From Nemertoderma westbladi (lineage: Eukaryota; Animalia; Xenacoelomorpha), in NCBI GenBank assembly GCA_032718475.1, contig JAUCBJ010001489.1, forward strand, positions 1 to 64,000: a stretch of 64,000 nucleotides of DNA, given 5' to 3'. A model generated the notes under the pieces. It was not told the origin of the DNA and searched no databases. It saw nothing but the letters and a program-made list of their open reading frames with translations. Positions 63,095 through 64,000 of this stretch are shown here, one piece after another. Each line of letters opens with the position of its first letter. Position 1 is the first letter of the stretch. The position numbers and the translations under genes were made by a program.

Positions 63095-63835
63095 CTAATA
63101 ATAATTCTAATACGCTAGCAGATGCACAGCTTCTACTAAATAAAGTGGAGAGGGCTGCTAAGGAGGTTGGATTGCATATAAATGCTACAAAGACCGAATT
63201 CATGACCTTTAATGTTGATGGAAACTTGACAACCATTGATATTAATCAACTAAGGAAGGTCGATGACTTCCAGTACCTTGGATCATGGATAGAGAGTAGC
63301 AAAAAGGACATAGAAGTTAGGAAAACAAAGGCTTGGGTAGCTCTATCAAAAATGGATACCATCTGGAAATCAGATCTTTCCAGGCACCTGAAGACTAAGT
63401 TCTTTCGAGCCACAGTGGAAAGTGTATTTTTATACGGGGGTGAGACCTGGACAGGATACTGACTAAATCACTTGAACAACGAATTATTGATGGTTGCTAC
63501 ACAAGACTACTAAGGGCAGCCCTAAACATCAGCTGGAGACAACACATGACAAACGCCGAACAATACTACCTGTATCAACCACCCTCTGTGAACGCAGATT
63601 AAGATTCAGTGGGCACTGCTGGCGAAGTAAAGACGAGGTCATACCAGATCTACATCCCTGGCAACAAACTCATGGAAAGCGTAGTCGTGGGAGACTGGCC
63701 ATAACATATATAGATCAACTTGAAAGGGATACTGAACTTGGGAGAAACGAAATTGCGACAACTATGGAGAATCGGGAAGCCTGGAAGGATCTCATTTCCA
63801 CTGTCCGAGTTCGCTCGACCTAGTAGTAGTAGTAT
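63095..63835 (+). mobile_element. 5'-truncated RTE-clade LINE (second family) with (TAG)n tail
   Basis: GLHINATKTE, FQYLGS, FLYGGETW, RRLRFSGHC; 13-bp TSD tattatggtaatt at 63082-63094 and 63836-63848. Confidence 0.9.
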
Positions 63836-64000
63836 TATTATGGTAATTAAAATATTCATCATTAGGCGTCCTACTAACAGCCTCATTTAATATAAAAACA
63901 TTAATTGGACATTCTTAAAAAATTTTATCATAAGTGAATTATCATGAAGTAGGCCTACTTTTTACAAATACAAAAAATTATGTGGTAGTCAACTCAACTC

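Overview
AT-rich eukaryotic DNA, probably from an invertebrate animal (GT-AG introns; Penelope, BEL/Pao, Transib, hAT and piggyBac elements). The host cannot be identified from this window. No conserved housekeeping gene is recognisable; the window is a nested transposon graveyard. Main points of interest: (1) an endogenous viral element encoding an arenavirus-like (Bunyaviricetes) L-polymerase core with motifs F and A-E at 13437-15220(-), flanked by intronless orphan ORF remnants that may also be viral; (2) two different tRNA-derived Pol III-type elements fused to hammerhead ribozyme cores, one with the ribozyme between the A and B boxes (48841-48924,-); (3) an apparently young Penelope-like element with inverted pLTRs, a hammerhead in each, a 15-bp TSD, and a roughly 360-aa in-frame Thr/Pro/Asn repeat insertion inside its RT domain. 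All family assignments come from motif recognition by eye; no database search was run.
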